Below are positions 9,800 through 19,662 of a stretch of DNA of 64,000 nt, in pieces. This DNA is from an uncultured virus (IMG/VR IMGVR_UViG_3300028591_000091). Taxonomy: Duplodnaviria > Heunggongvirae > Uroviricota > Caudoviricetes. The position numbers and the translations under genes are program-made. The stretch lies in the IMG/VR virus record IMGVR_UViG_3300028591_000091; one strand, given 5' to 3'. The notes beneath the pieces were generated by a model. It ran no database searches. It saw only the letters and a list, made by a program, of their open reading frames with translations, and had not been told where the DNA came from. The stretch's first letter is position 1. Each line of letters opens with the position of its first letter.

Positions 9800-11054
9800 G
9801 TATAGACTTATGACTCAAAACTTTACTACTTATATTGCTCAGTGGGAAAGATATAACGATGTCACCTCATCTAATCAAGCAGTCTCTGATCTTGATTTTT
9901 CAGACGAGCAAGGAAACGTTCTTGTAAGATTCCAAGAAGGAGACATTAAAACAAAGAACTTTGATAGTTCTAAAGATGCATCTGAAGAAGAACGGGGTTT
10001 GATGTCTGCTGAAGATAAAACTAAGCTTAACACGATAGAAGAAGGAGCAGATGTTAGCGATGTTGTTACTGAGAATGCCGATAATGTTGATTTGGATTTT
10101 TCTGATGAACAAGGGAATGTAGTAATGCGTGTTGCTAACGGCCACATAAAAACAAAGAATTTTGATTCAGAAAATATTCAACCACCATCTCCACAGCCTG
10201 TGTCCAAGCCTAAAATTTCTTATTTAGCAATAGGTAATTCGGTCAATCAAGACGTTGTTGCTTATATTCCATATTTATTAAAAGAATTATATGGAGACTC
10301 TATAGATTTTGAAATCGGCATAGCATTTATTGGAAGTTATACTATAAAAGACTATGTAGAACAAGTCATAACAAAGCAAAAGAAAATAGAAATATATTCC
10401 TATGCTAATAATACCGATATATGGACTAATCATAGCAATACTTATTATTTAGAAGATGTGTTAGGTTTGCATCAATGGGATATAATTTCATTTCAAATGT
10501 ACCAAACACGAACAGAGGTTTCTTCACATATAGAAGATGTAACGCTTTCTCCTCAATTATTAAATTATATTAAATCTAACGCAATTCAAGAATGTAGTTT
10601 CGGTTTTGTCACGCCTGCTACTTATACAGACATGAGAAGCACATATATAGAGTGGCAACAAACTGTTTTGACAAACTGTGCATTAGACTTTTTTATTGAT
10701 TATGGGGCAACTAAAGAACTGATGATTGGAAAAGGAATCAGTAGTTCATTAATGTGTACAGACGGTTATCATAGTAACGAAGGCTTTCCTTGTATTTCTT
10801 TATCCTTAACTGCTATTCATGTACTAGCAAAACTTATTAATATTAAAGATATGTCAAACAATTTAAAGGATAGGATGACAGCAGCAAAGCATTCTACTTT
10901 GAATATTCCAAATCAGAACGGTAGTTTCACAACTACAACGGAGAGTGATTGGAGAATAGGAATAGATAGTGCTATTAATGGATTTAGAGTTAGCAATGCT
11001 ACTTTAAATATTTCGAATAATACATTAAGACAACAAACTTATAATAACAATTAA
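9795..11054 (+). CDS. silent variable C-terminal cassette 3, SGNH-like hydrolase
   Basis: Starts within site C; QNFTT...QW shared with the expressed gene; duplicated DLDFSDEQGNV...IKTKNFDS; LAIGNS and DGYH SGNH-like blocks. Confidence 0.75.
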   Translation: MQYRLMTQNFTTYIAQWERYNDVTSSNQAVSDLDFSDEQGNVLVRFQEGDIKTKNFDSSKDASEEERGLMSAEDKTKLNTIEEGADVSDVVTENADNVDLDFSDEQGNVVMRVANGHIKTKNFDSENIQPPSPQPVSKPKISYLAIGNSVNQDVVAYIPYLLKELYGDSIDFEIGIAFIGSYTIKDYVEQVITKQKKIEIYSYANNTDIWTNHSNTYYLEDVLGLHQWDIISFQMYQTRTEVSSHIEDVTLSPQLLNYIKSNAIQECSFGFVTPATYTDMRSTYIEWQQTVLTNCALDFFIDYGATKELMIGKGISSSLMCTDGYHSNEGFPCISLSLTAIHVLAKLINIKDMSNNLKDRMTAAKHSTLNIPNQNGSFTTTTESDWRIGIDSAINGFRVSNATLNISNNTLRQQTYNNN

Positions 11055-11058
11055 AATT

Positions 11059-11607
11059 ATGGGAAAAAGTTTAATAATTAAAGGCGCGGATTTTTCTGCG
11101 AACGCTATTGAGAGCGGGAACTACTATATTCCGCAAACTGTAAAAAACGCAATTGGAGGTAGTTTCTTTGTTAAGGATGGAACTGCTACTTTAACAGATG
11201 ACGTAAATGAACTCTCTGGAAAAACAATTAAAGGATTTGATTTGTTATTTGTAAACAAGTGCAGTGGTCAGACCATGGGTGAAAGGATTACTTTCAATCC
11301 TATAACTGAACAAAAAATTATATGTAATATTAATTGTGCTTTTGAAACTCAAGATGAAAGTGAACAAAAAATAATACACTATGATTTATCAGAACCTTAT
11401 ACATTTAAAGAAAACGATGTTTTAAGTATTTTTCCTATTGGTGCAATCTACGAATCATCATCAGGCGCTTGGAGAGGTGGCTGCTATGTATTTAGAGCAC
11501 AAAGACCTGATAATATACCCAATTTTGCCTTTTTAAGTAAGATAGGTAGTAACCCTCCTTTGTCACAGTATTCATATCAGCCTTTTGCGAAATTGTATCT
11601 ACAGTGA
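11059..11607 (+). CDS. hypothetical protein co-transcribed with cassette 3 (possible fibre partner or chaperone)
   Basis: 182 aa ORF 4 bp after the cassette 3 stop. Confidence 0.65.
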   Translation: MGKSLIIKGADFSANAIESGNYYIPQTVKNAIGGSFFVKDGTATLTDDVNELSGKTIKGFDLLFVNKCSGQTMGERITFNPITEQKIICNINCAFETQDESEQKIIHYDLSEPYTFKENDVLSIFPIGAIYESSSGAWRGGCYVFRAQRPDNIPNFAFLSKIGSNPPLSQYSYQPFAKLYLQ

Positions 11608-11696
11608 TGTTATGTACGGCTAAAGACTCGTATTTTCAGCACTTATTGTAAGATGGGTCATATTATTATAACAATCGCATTAGAATACTATATCAG

Positions 11697-11735
11697 GAAG
11701 CGACTTTCAATTACGAGAGTCGCTTCTTTCTTTCA
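11697..11735 (+). terminator. intrinsic terminator
   Basis: GAAGCGACTTTC-loop-GAGAGTCGCTTC followed by T-rich run. Confidence 0.6.
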
Positions 11736-11882
11736 CTAAACTCATCATTTCCGCTCTTTCTTCGATAAATATTAAAACGAAATTTCTACTTACAAGAATA
11801 GATGGCTTGGGACATTAACAAAGCTATATATGCACTGAACAGAAACGCTGCTGGTTGTAATAAATCGACACATAACACTTTA

Positions 11883-11994
11883 TATACTTTTTGTAATAAG
11901 TGGATTCATAGGAGATTGATAAATAAAGGAAAGGATAGACAAAAACTACCCTTTCCTCTTTTATTTTAAGTACATCCTTTTTACAAGAACTATA
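11883..11994. repeat. ~110-bp inter-cassette spacer copy 2
   Basis: Direct repeat of 4856-4967 with about 2 mismatches. Confidence 0.8.
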
Positions 11995-12000
11995 TAAAAG

Positions 12001-14070
12001 TTACTCAAACAATAACTCTGGGACAGTTGCAACAGCCATACTATAAAGTGCCTTTGCTCCTTCTGTATCAGGATGAACATTGTCACTTGCTAACATATTT
12101 TGATACCATACTGAATCTCCGTTTTCACTAATTGCTTGTGCAAAATCAATGTACTTATACCCACTACTAATAACATAAGCATTTTTATTTATGTTTCTCG
12201 TTAAAGTGCTTGGTACATTTGGAACAGTAGTTAATATCAATTCTATGTTGTAGAATTTGCTTATAACTTCAACTTCTTGTAATGCTTCTAACCAACTGCT
12301 ATTAGGTGCATCTGTAGTATCTTTATCATTCATACCTGGAGCCCATATAATTCTTTTAGGAATACCTCCCCAAGAGATATGTCTTTTTAACGATTCAAGA
12401 CACATTGCAGAAGTGCCACCAGGAGTAGAACTAAACATAAAGTTATTATATCCCTGCTGCACTAAGTAATAAGGCCATCGTCTTTCACTATTAACTGAAA
12501 GGTAACTGTCTCCATATATCCATGTTGATTTTTCTATTGCATCACATTGATAAGACAAATGACAATCCTTCATAGTATCACCGACAGTAATATATAAAGT
12601 TCCATTATTACTACGAAATGCAGCATCCTCCCACTTATAACTGCCACCATTTGTTTTAATTTCAACAAACGTTGAACCTTTATAGTCAGAATGTAGAGTA
12701 ACAGCTATATAATCTGAAATCGTTAAACCATGTTCAGTTTGTGAAGAAAGTGTATCGCCCTTTATATAGGAATATATTTTTGTACTTGTTATTTTTATTC
12801 TTCCTGATTGGTCATAAAATGACTCCCCTTGTTGTCCAAATCCAAGTATCAAATCACCTGTCAATGCTGAAACCTTACCAAAAAAGTTAAGAGTATATGC
12901 GCAAGTGTCACGAATGTTATATTCAGTTTCTCTGAATGTTTGACCACTGATAAGTTCATCTATATTATAGCTAACTCCTCCAGGGAAATTTATTGATTTT
13001 CTGCTTCCACAATCAAGTAATGTATCTAAAAGTGTATTATTAGGTCGGATATAATTAAAAAGATATGGAGACGTAGCAAGATAAACTATTAAATTTGGTG
13101 TTGCATAAAAGGCACTTGTTATGCTGTATCTTATGTATTTTGCATTGTTTGGAACAATGTAATAACTTTGACTCTGTACACCAGAACCTGATATAAAACT
13201 ATCTTCATTGTTTGATGTATATGCACAAACACGTGAAAATTTAAGATTAGTTTCTCTCACATCAATAATATTTCTCCCTGTAAAAAGTTGAGCAAACAAT
13301 TTCTGTCCAGGTGTAACAGGAATAAACTGTGAGGTGAGATACCCAGCTAATTCACCTATTTTACCCGTAGAAGGATAAAGACGAGTATCTGGTATAAGAT
13401 TGCCCATAAGATTGATATTACAATCACGTGATTCTAATCCTAATACGCTGTTATTTATTTTTGAGAATATAATTTTCCCATCATAGGCTCTGTACGGCTG
13501 TATAGTATCTTTTTCTGAGATAATGACACTTTTATTTGCGTAAGAGTAAACAGTATCTATGAATGTCAATCTTATATATCTTGCATTTTCAGGTATAACA
13601 TATACACGTGCTCCATTTGAACCAGAATTTGGAATAAACACCCTATTTATGTCATAAGCACAAACTCTTTTAAATGCATTTGAAGGCATTGTAGATGAGT
13701 CAGTTCTTACTCCATCAATATCTGCTTGTGCTCGTATAGATTCCCCTTCAAAAACAGGTATAAAATCAGTTGTATAATAACCATCGAGGTCGGTTATTTT
13801 TCCAGTATTAGAAGCTAAACATTTATTTGCTTCTACAGTATTTTCGTTTAAAAAATTGACACTTTCATCATAATCGAAACATTTTGCTGTAGCTATAATG
13901 TACTCTTCGTCATTTTTAACACCATTTGACAGTATAGCAACACTATGACTTAATGCTAAATTACGACTATTTAATGTTGGTACATTATCAACGTTCATAC
14001 TTTGCCAATTATCAACATTAGTGAAAGTAGCAGCAGTAGTAGCATCAGTTTTCATATAGCGGCATTGCAC
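12001..14070 (-). CDS. silent variable C-terminal cassette 4, SGNH/GDSL esterase domain
   Basis: Starts within site D; NWQSMNVDNVPT matches the repeat of the expressed gene; YGDSY, PGMND, DNVHP blocks. Confidence 0.8.
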   Translation of the reverse strand: MQCRYMKTDATTAATFTNVDNWQSMNVDNVPTLNSRNLALSHSVAILSNGVKNDEEYIIATAKCFDYDESVNFLNENTVEANKCLASNTGKITDLDGYYTTDFIPVFEGESIRAQADIDGVRTDSSTMPSNAFKRVCAYDINRVFIPNSGSNGARVYVIPENARYIRLTFIDTVYSYANKSVIISEKDTIQPYRAYDGKIIFSKINNSVLGLESRDCNINLMGNLIPDTRLYPSTGKIGELAGYLTSQFIPVTPGQKLFAQLFTGRNIIDVRETNLKFSRVCAYTSNNEDSFISGSGVQSQSYYIVPNNAKYIRYSITSAFYATPNLIVYLATSPYLFNYIRPNNTLLDTLLDCGSRKSINFPGGVSYNIDELISGQTFRETEYNIRDTCAYTLNFFGKVSALTGDLILGFGQQGESFYDQSGRIKITSTKIYSYIKGDTLSSQTEHGLTISDYIAVTLHSDYKGSTFVEIKTNGGSYKWEDAAFRSNNGTLYITVGDTMKDCHLSYQCDAIEKSTWIYGDSYLSVNSERRWPYYLVQQGYNNFMFSSTPGGTSAMCLESLKRHISWGGIPKRIIWAPGMNDKDTTDAPNSSWLEALQEVEVISKFYNIELILTTVPNVPSTLTRNINKNAYVISSGYKYIDFAQAISENGDSVWYQNMLASDNVHPDTEGAKALYSMAVATVPELLFE

Positions 14071-14095
14071 ATACTTATTGTCAGAAGTCTGTACA
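14066..14095 (-). repeat. shufflon recombination site D
   Basis: Minus strand TGTACAGACTTCTGACAATAAGTATGTGCA. Confidence 0.85.
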
Positions 14096-14185
14096 AATTA
14101 GCTTTAAAATAATATCTAATTTAGCTAAAATATATCAAGATTTGTGAAATATTCTATTGAAGATTTTCCAAAGATGCTCTAATTT

Positions 14186-14192
14186 CCTTATA
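14186..14192 (+). promoter_or_regulatory. CCTTATA promoter-like motif (representative copy)
   Basis: Recurs about 5-40 nt upstream of many gene-block starts on both strands. Confidence 0.55.
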
Positions 14193-14212
14193 AATATAAA
14201 ATGAATTAGATT

Positions 14213-16069
14213 ATGAAAGAAAATTATAAGAAAGAATATGAGGATCTTATAGAAAAATTACGTAAAGCTAGAAAAGATGTTAATAAGAAAGATTCTCAGT
14301 TTAGTCAAATTATAGATGATATTGTTCCAAATCTTATAGATAACGAGGATGAAAGAATCGGTAAAGAAATTATAAGAATTGTTGACATATGGACAAATAG
14401 CTGTCCAGTTGTCAATGGGATTCCAGTAGAAAAACTACTTTCTTGGCTTAAAAAGCAAATTGAGCATGCTAACTTCCGTAATAAGATACAGATAGGCGAT
14501 AAAGTAACGCGTAATAAAGATGGTGTACTTGTTAATCTTTCCCAATTAAAGAGAATGGCAAAGCAAGGTGAGCAGAAGCCTATCAAAAAGCATAATGTTC
14601 GCGAGTTTTGCGAAGATAGATATGGATGTGTCAGCCCTTGTCCTATGAAATTAATAGAGGAAGAGAAATATACTGATAATGTTGAACCGAAGTTTATGTT
14701 TGGGAATTGGTACTTATGTATAAAAAACTTTTATGGCAAGGGTGTAAGATTTGATAAAGGAAAGGCATATTATTGTGGTCTTGACGGATGTCTTCAACAG
14801 TTTGATTCTGGCGCACACATCTGTATAGACAAAAATTTATATGAATATTTTAGGATTTGGACTATCCGAGATGCAAAAGATGGAGATGTGCTTGCTTGTG
14901 AAAATGATATTGTGATTTTTAAAGAAAATAATTATAATCCTAAAGACAAAAGCGGATGCATGTTTATTTATTGTTCTTGCAATAACTTTTACGAAACTGG
15001 AGGAATAAACCCAACTACTTATAAGCCTGCCACCGAAGAACAGTGTGACCTCTTATTTAAGAAGATGCACGAAGCAGGGTATGAATGGGATTCCGAAAAG
15101 AAAGAACTAAAGAAGATTGAGCAGAACTCAGCTGATTGTAGTGAGGATGAGCTATCTTGCTTTGAAAGTGCTTTGTTTACCGCTTTTAGCTATGCTTGGC
15201 AGTCTTATTTACTAGGTGGAATAGATATTAGACAGTGGACTAAAGAACAATCAAAAGAACTTTTGGAAGCTGCTAAAGAAGAGTTAAAATGGCATAATTC
15301 AGCTTGGAGTAAAGAGGATGAGAGAATGTTAGATATAATTCTAAATGACGTTAATTATGCCCAGAAGAATTTCTCGGATTCTAAACTAATTCCTTATAAA
15401 AGAAAAGTTGATTGGTTCAACTCTATTAAAGAAAGGATACAGCCACAGCCACAAAACAAATCACTTGCAACATCTGACTTAGATAATTCTTTGTGTGATA
15501 TACAAGATAGATTTTCGGATACCTCATACGAATATAGAATACTTGGCGAAGCAATCGAGTTTATCCGTTGCACTGAGTCAAAGCCTAATTGGAAGCCAAG
15601 TGAAATTAGCCCTAATGGTGTATATCCTGAGGCAGACGGTGTTCGTATTTGGCATGATGGACATACTTTTAAGATACCAAAAAATTGGAATAAAGGATTG
15701 TGGCCTCTTTTAAATGATGTAGGTAGAAGAAAAGCATCTATGGATTCTTCATATTTTTGTGAATTAGATACGCAGTTTGATTGGGATTTTATAGAGGCAA
15801 CTAAAAAGATACAGGAATTAGGAACCGATATTCCTCTTAATGATGGTGAGTTTCTTATAACTATGCCTATTTTTCATGCCATCTATTTAAATAGGTGGGA
15901 ACTAAATGTAGCTTTATATAATATGGGAGCAGAGGAAATTAAACTTGGGGAGAATATTTGGATTGCACAGCGTAGAAGTAAGAGCGAAGCATTTGGATAT
16001 AATAAATATAATAATTTAACTAGATTTTCTGTTGGTTCTATAAACAGGTGTATAATTATAATGCCCTGA
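14213..16069 (+). CDS. mosaic phage protein (EDERI/WLEKQ/WTIQDAKDGD/WKPS module family)
   Basis: Shares modules with 38477-39907 and 43151-44209. Confidence 0.75.
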   Translation: MKENYKKEYEDLIEKLRKARKDVNKKDSQFSQIIDDIVPNLIDNEDERIGKEIIRIVDIWTNSCPVVNGIPVEKLLSWLKKQIEHANFRNKIQIGDKVTRNKDGVLVNLSQLKRMAKQGEQKPIKKHNVREFCEDRYGCVSPCPMKLIEEEKYTDNVEPKFMFGNWYLCIKNFYGKGVRFDKGKAYYCGLDGCLQQFDSGAHICIDKNLYEYFRIWTIRDAKDGDVLACENDIVIFKENNYNPKDKSGCMFIYCSCNNFYETGGINPTTYKPATEEQCDLLFKKMHEAGYEWDSEKKELKKIEQNSADCSEDELSCFESALFTAFSYAWQSYLLGGIDIRQWTKEQSKELLEAAKEELKWHNSAWSKEDERMLDIILNDVNYAQKNFSDSKLIPYKRKVDWFNSIKERIQPQPQNKSLATSDLDNSLCDIQDRFSDTSYEYRILGEAIEFIRCTESKPNWKPSEISPNGVYPEADGVRIWHDGHTFKIPKNWNKGLWPLLNDVGRRKASMDSSYFCELDTQFDWDFIEATKKIQELGTDIPLNDGEFLITMPIFHAIYLNRWELNVALYNMGAEEIKLGENIWIAQRRSKSEAFGYNKYNNLTRFSVGSINRCIIIMP

Positions 16070-16073
16070 GATA

Positions 16074-16415
16074 ATGAATATAGAATGTGTTGTAATTAAA
16101 AAAGAAAAAATAGTATATTATAGGTGGTCTATTTTTGGTTATCCCTTAATATCTAAATCTAGGTATCATGGAAATAAAAAGATCGGTCAACTTATCCTTC
16201 AACATTTGTTTTTCCATCCGATTTTCTTAGTTCTTGCATCTCAGTCTGGTTTGCCAAGAACATTAGTATATGGTAAAGGAAGACGTAATAATAAAATAAT
16301 TGAGATAGAAGATGAATTGGTTGTTGAATTGTGTGAGAAAGTTGCTTCTAGGAAACTATTCGTAACTGCTGGTATTCCTCCATTCATATTACCAAATTAT
16401 ATGTATGAAACATGA
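16074..16415 (+). CDS. hypothetical protein
   Basis: 113 aa ORF in operon. Confidence 0.55.
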   Translation: MNIECVVIKKEKIVYYRWSIFGYPLISKSRYHGNKKIGQLILQHLFFHPIFLVLASQSGLPRTLVYGKGRRNNKIIEIEDELVVELCEKVASRKLFVTAGIPPFILPNYMYET

Positions 16416-16939
16416 GGATTATTTATTAAAAGACAGAACAAAAATATCATCTGAGGACCTTAATAGTGAAAATTTAGATGATGTTATTGGTATTATATTA
16501 AATTCCGGTAAGATAATGTCAATAAGAAAAAAAATTTATTGCTTCTAGTGAGGATTTAACAAATTACCTCATTAAACACTTTTTTAAAAATACTAGACAT
16601 GTTAATTTAGAGAGTGGAGTAATAAATACTGACCGCCTTCGTTTATATTGTCCGAAATTTTCGTTAATAGATTTTTTAGAAGATAATGAATATATTCCAT
16701 CAATTGAAGAATTAGAAAGTTTGTTCAAAGAAAGAGAAATGGTATCTGCTTTAGCACAGAAAGTCGTTAAAAATTATGTTATTAATTATTCTGGATGGGT
16801 TTATTCTTCTACTATATATTCAGAAACCAGAATATGGATGCTTTTAGTACGCAGATTAGATTGTATAGCTATAACTCAGAATATAAATAGTAATTATTAT
16901 CTAGTTAAAATAATGATTCCTTTTATTGAGTCTAACTGA
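16405..16939 (+). pseudogene. frameshifted hypothetical gene (one extra A in A8 run 16527-16534)
   Basis: ATG 16405 frame stops soon after the A run; the +1 frame is open to 16939 (YIPSIEELE...). Confidence 0.55.
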
Positions 16940-16942
16940 ATA

Positions 16943-16988
16943 AAACCCGCCTATAGTATTAAAACTATAGGTAGGTTTATTTTTATTT
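16943..16988 (+). terminator. intrinsic terminator
   Basis: CCGCCTATAGT...ACTATAGGTAGG plus T tract. Confidence 0.55.
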
Positions 16989-17342
16989 ATAGGCATTGGT
17001 TTTCCTCGGGTTTCATCGCGCTAGAAATTTGTCTGCATATTGTTCTGGTGTTCCCAAATATTAGAATTGTAAGTCCATCTCCAAAACTCTCTTTTAAATT
17101 TTTATTAAGTCTGAGGAGTGTCTAATATTATTCCATTCTTGTCATAAATTATAGTGTTTGTGATATGATATTCTGAGATGACTTCTATTATATCATCCTC
17201 CATTTAAGACAATGAAGGGAATAATAAAACACATAATAAGTTTTTCATAATATTCTATAATTTTTAAGGAATAGATTTCTAACTACTATTCCTTCCTCTC
17301 TTTTAAGCTTTCTGAGAGGAGTTTCAATGCCTTATAGTTGAT

Positions 17343-17783
17343 ATGAAAATAAAATATAAAATATTGAACGGTTGGAAAATTACAAGACCTAAAAAGAATG
17401 GAAATTTTTTAAGGCTCTTTTATCCACTAGAAATCCCTTCCAGTACAATAATGCCAGGAGAGGATGTACTAATACCTACAGGACTTATGTTTCCTGGTAT
17501 TTATCGGGAATACTTAATTATAGCCCTTCCCCACGTAGCCCCAAATAATTTAAGTGATATTCATAGGGTTTCTAAATTTCCAAAAACAGATAATCCAGTT
17601 TTGCACTTAACAGCAATATCAGATGGGAACCAACTTTTTATCCATTATGTTAATCTTGGTACTAAAGAAATCGTACTTAGTTCTGGGACTTTTATAGGCA
17701 ACTTTTTCTTTTCCCCAATTATAGATATAGACATTGAAAATGATCAAGATTGTAACATTTTTAAAGAGGCTTGGAATGAATAA
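17343..17783 (+). CDS. degenerate trimeric dUTPase-like protein
   Basis: I-PGE---IPTGL and N------L--G--IG pattern present; catalytic motif 3 (G-ID-DY-G) not recognisable. Confidence 0.5.
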   Translation: MKIKYKILNGWKITRPKKNGNFLRLFYPLEIPSSTIMPGEDVLIPTGLMFPGIYREYLIIALPHVAPNNLSDIHRVSKFPKTDNPVLHLTAISDGNQLFIHYVNLGTKEIVLSSGTFIGNFFFSPIIDIDIENDQDCNIFKEAWNE

Positions 17784-17826
17784 TAAAAAAGTAAAAGAAC
17801 TTTATTAAAACTATTTCTAGGATTAA

Positions 17827-18126
17827 ATGAAGATAAAGAAACTTATACCTATAGATTTTCTTGAAGACCAAGAAATAGTAATAGTTAGATCTGGGAATAA
17901 ATATCCTTTATATCAAATAAAACTGGGCCAAGATAAAAATATGCATTTATATCAAAGTTGTTCAAAATGCCCACTTGGAAAATGTATTGAAACATTATGC
18001 TGGAGAATAGAAGCTTTTATAATAGAACGAATGAAAGATAGTGAGGATGCTTGGAAGTGGGTATGGGTAGATTTAACTCCTAAGGAAATATCAAAAGCGC
18101 CTAGAAGATATGCTGAAATTTTTTAA
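17827..18126 (+). CDS. hypothetical protein (paralog of 18110-18370)
   Basis: Shared NKYPL motif. Confidence 0.6.
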   Translation: MKIKKLIPIDFLEDQEIVIVRSGNKYPLYQIKLGQDKNMHLYQSCSKCPLGKCIETLCWRIEAFIIERMKDSEDAWKWVWVDLTPKEISKAPRRYAEIF

Positions 18127-18370
18127 GATTAAGGAAGTAGACATAAAAAAGAAAACAGCTTTAATATTATTTTCGAATAATAATAAATATCCCTTGACCA
18201 GCATAGAAGTTTTTATAGGAGCGGGTAACTGTGATCTGTATGATAAAAATAGTTTCTATAATCTGTTATGTAAGGATTTGAAAAAGATAATACCCGAGAA
18301 TAAGTTAAGGATAAGTTTAGATTATTTTGAAGATTATTATGTAGTTATTCCGATAAAATATAACAAATGA
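18110..18370 (+). CDS. hypothetical protein
   Basis: Overlaps the previous gene; NKYPL motif. Confidence 0.6.
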   Translation: MLKFFKIKEVDIKKKTALILFSNNNKYPLTSIEVFIGAGNCDLYDKNSFYNLLCKDLKKIIPENKLRISLDYFEDYYVVIPIKYNK

Positions 18371-18491
18371 GGACCTTTAGAATTCTGGTTACATGGATAT
18401 TTCGACCGTCTGAAATCCTTATATATGTAATGAAAATAATTACCTAAAGTTTAAGGTGATTTTTATTTTTAATATTAATAACAATAAAATT

Positions 18492-18785
18492 ATGAGAGCT
18501 ATATTATGTTTAAAAGGTGATAAGAAAGTTTTATTGCCTGGTGTTACCTCTTTTGGTCTTTTTAGAGATAAAGACTGGTGTTTAGAAGTAGGAGATGGTT
18601 CAAAAGTTATGAAAGAACTTGAGGAAATGTTTGAATCTGTGAAAACTATAGATGGACCAGGATATCAAATCGAGGGAGGTAAAAAGAAAATTGAAGCAGA
18701 GGACAAAGATCTAATTAAGAGTGGAACCTTGTGGATAAATTTTGATCAGGACAGCAAGATTAAAGTTACTCTGCTTGATGATTAG
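18492..18785 (+). CDS. hypothetical protein
   Basis: ATG 18492 downstream of CCTTATA motif; followed by terminator. Confidence 0.6.
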   Translation: MRAILCLKGDKKVLLPGVTSFGLFRDKDWCLEVGDGSKVMKELEEMFESVKTIDGPGYQIEGGKKKIEAEDKDLIKSGTLWINFDQDSKIKVTLLDD

Positions 18786-18818
18786 GGCTAGGATTTAAAT
18801 CTTAGCTCTTTTTTTTTC
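18786..18818 (+). terminator. intrinsic terminator
   Basis: GGGCTAGGATT-AATCTTAGCTC plus T9. Confidence 0.65.
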
Positions 18819-19083
18819 TCGCCTCTAAAATAAACTCCGTAAAAATAGAACAGGGAACTAAAAACAGAGGGTCCATTTTGCGTACGCCTGATCTCTCCTC
18901 TGTAATCTCTCAACCTGTTCTTTCCTCTCCCCCAGCATCTCTCTCACACAAGTTCTCCTCTTGCGAAGCCTATCTCCTTTCTTGTGTCTCCTCTTATGCT
19001 GGAATATAAGATACGGAGTGGGGAGGACAGGCGAGGAAAAATAAAAAGAGGATAATATAAAATCTATCCTCTCTATTTTTTTT

Positions 19084-19662
19084 TCATCTATACCAAAACT
19101 CTAATATCCTTTGCATCCATCTTGGAGAAGCATATTTCTTGATTATCGTGCCATGATTGAATGCCCACTTATATTCATCAATCCGAGAAACAGGAATCCA
19201 GGCTATCTCATCAACTTCATCCTTTTCTCCTCCGGCTCCTTCAATCTCTAACCACTCACTTCTCCGTCTTCCTAGAAAAGCTGTATGTCTGATTGTAACA
19301 TTTCCATTATTACACAAGATAGGTTCAGTTTCTACTTCTACTTGCCTAATCTTTTTTATAGGAATATCAACACCACACTCTTCACGGGTTTCTCGCTGAA
19401 TACCTTCCCAAGAATCTTCATCACCTTCTAAGAAACCACAAGGACAACACCAATAACCCTGATAATCTGGTGTTCCTTTTCCTCTCTTCTCCGCTAATAC
19501 AGAATACTTACCCTCCACTACAGCATAGAAGAAACCAGAGATGGCACAATATCTTCCATCATATAATACTCTTACCTTATCTTTAGGGATTATCCAATTT
19601 TCACCTTCTTTCCTAGCTTCCCCTGATTCAAAGGCTAAGTATGGTTTATTTCTTTTTATCAT
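19084..19662 (-). CDS. Nudix hydrolase (ADP-ribose pyrophosphatase-like)
   Basis: Nudix box GFLEGDEDSWEGIQRETREECGV; C-terminal AFNH. Confidence 0.85.
   Translation of the reverse strand: MIKRNKPYLAFESGEARKEGENWIIPKDKVRVLYDGRYCAISGFFYAVVEGKYSVLAEKRGKGTPDYQGYWCCPCGFLEGDEDSWEGIQRETREECGVDIPIKKIRQVEVETEPILCNNGNVTIRHTAFLGRRRSEWLEIEGAGGEKDEVDEIAWIPVSRIDEYKWAFNHGTIIKKYASPRWMQRILEFWYR

Noticed and set aside
2198..14070. Diversity-generating retroelement acting on the fibre genes
   Set aside because: No reverse transcriptase and no repeat pair with adenine-specific mismatches seen
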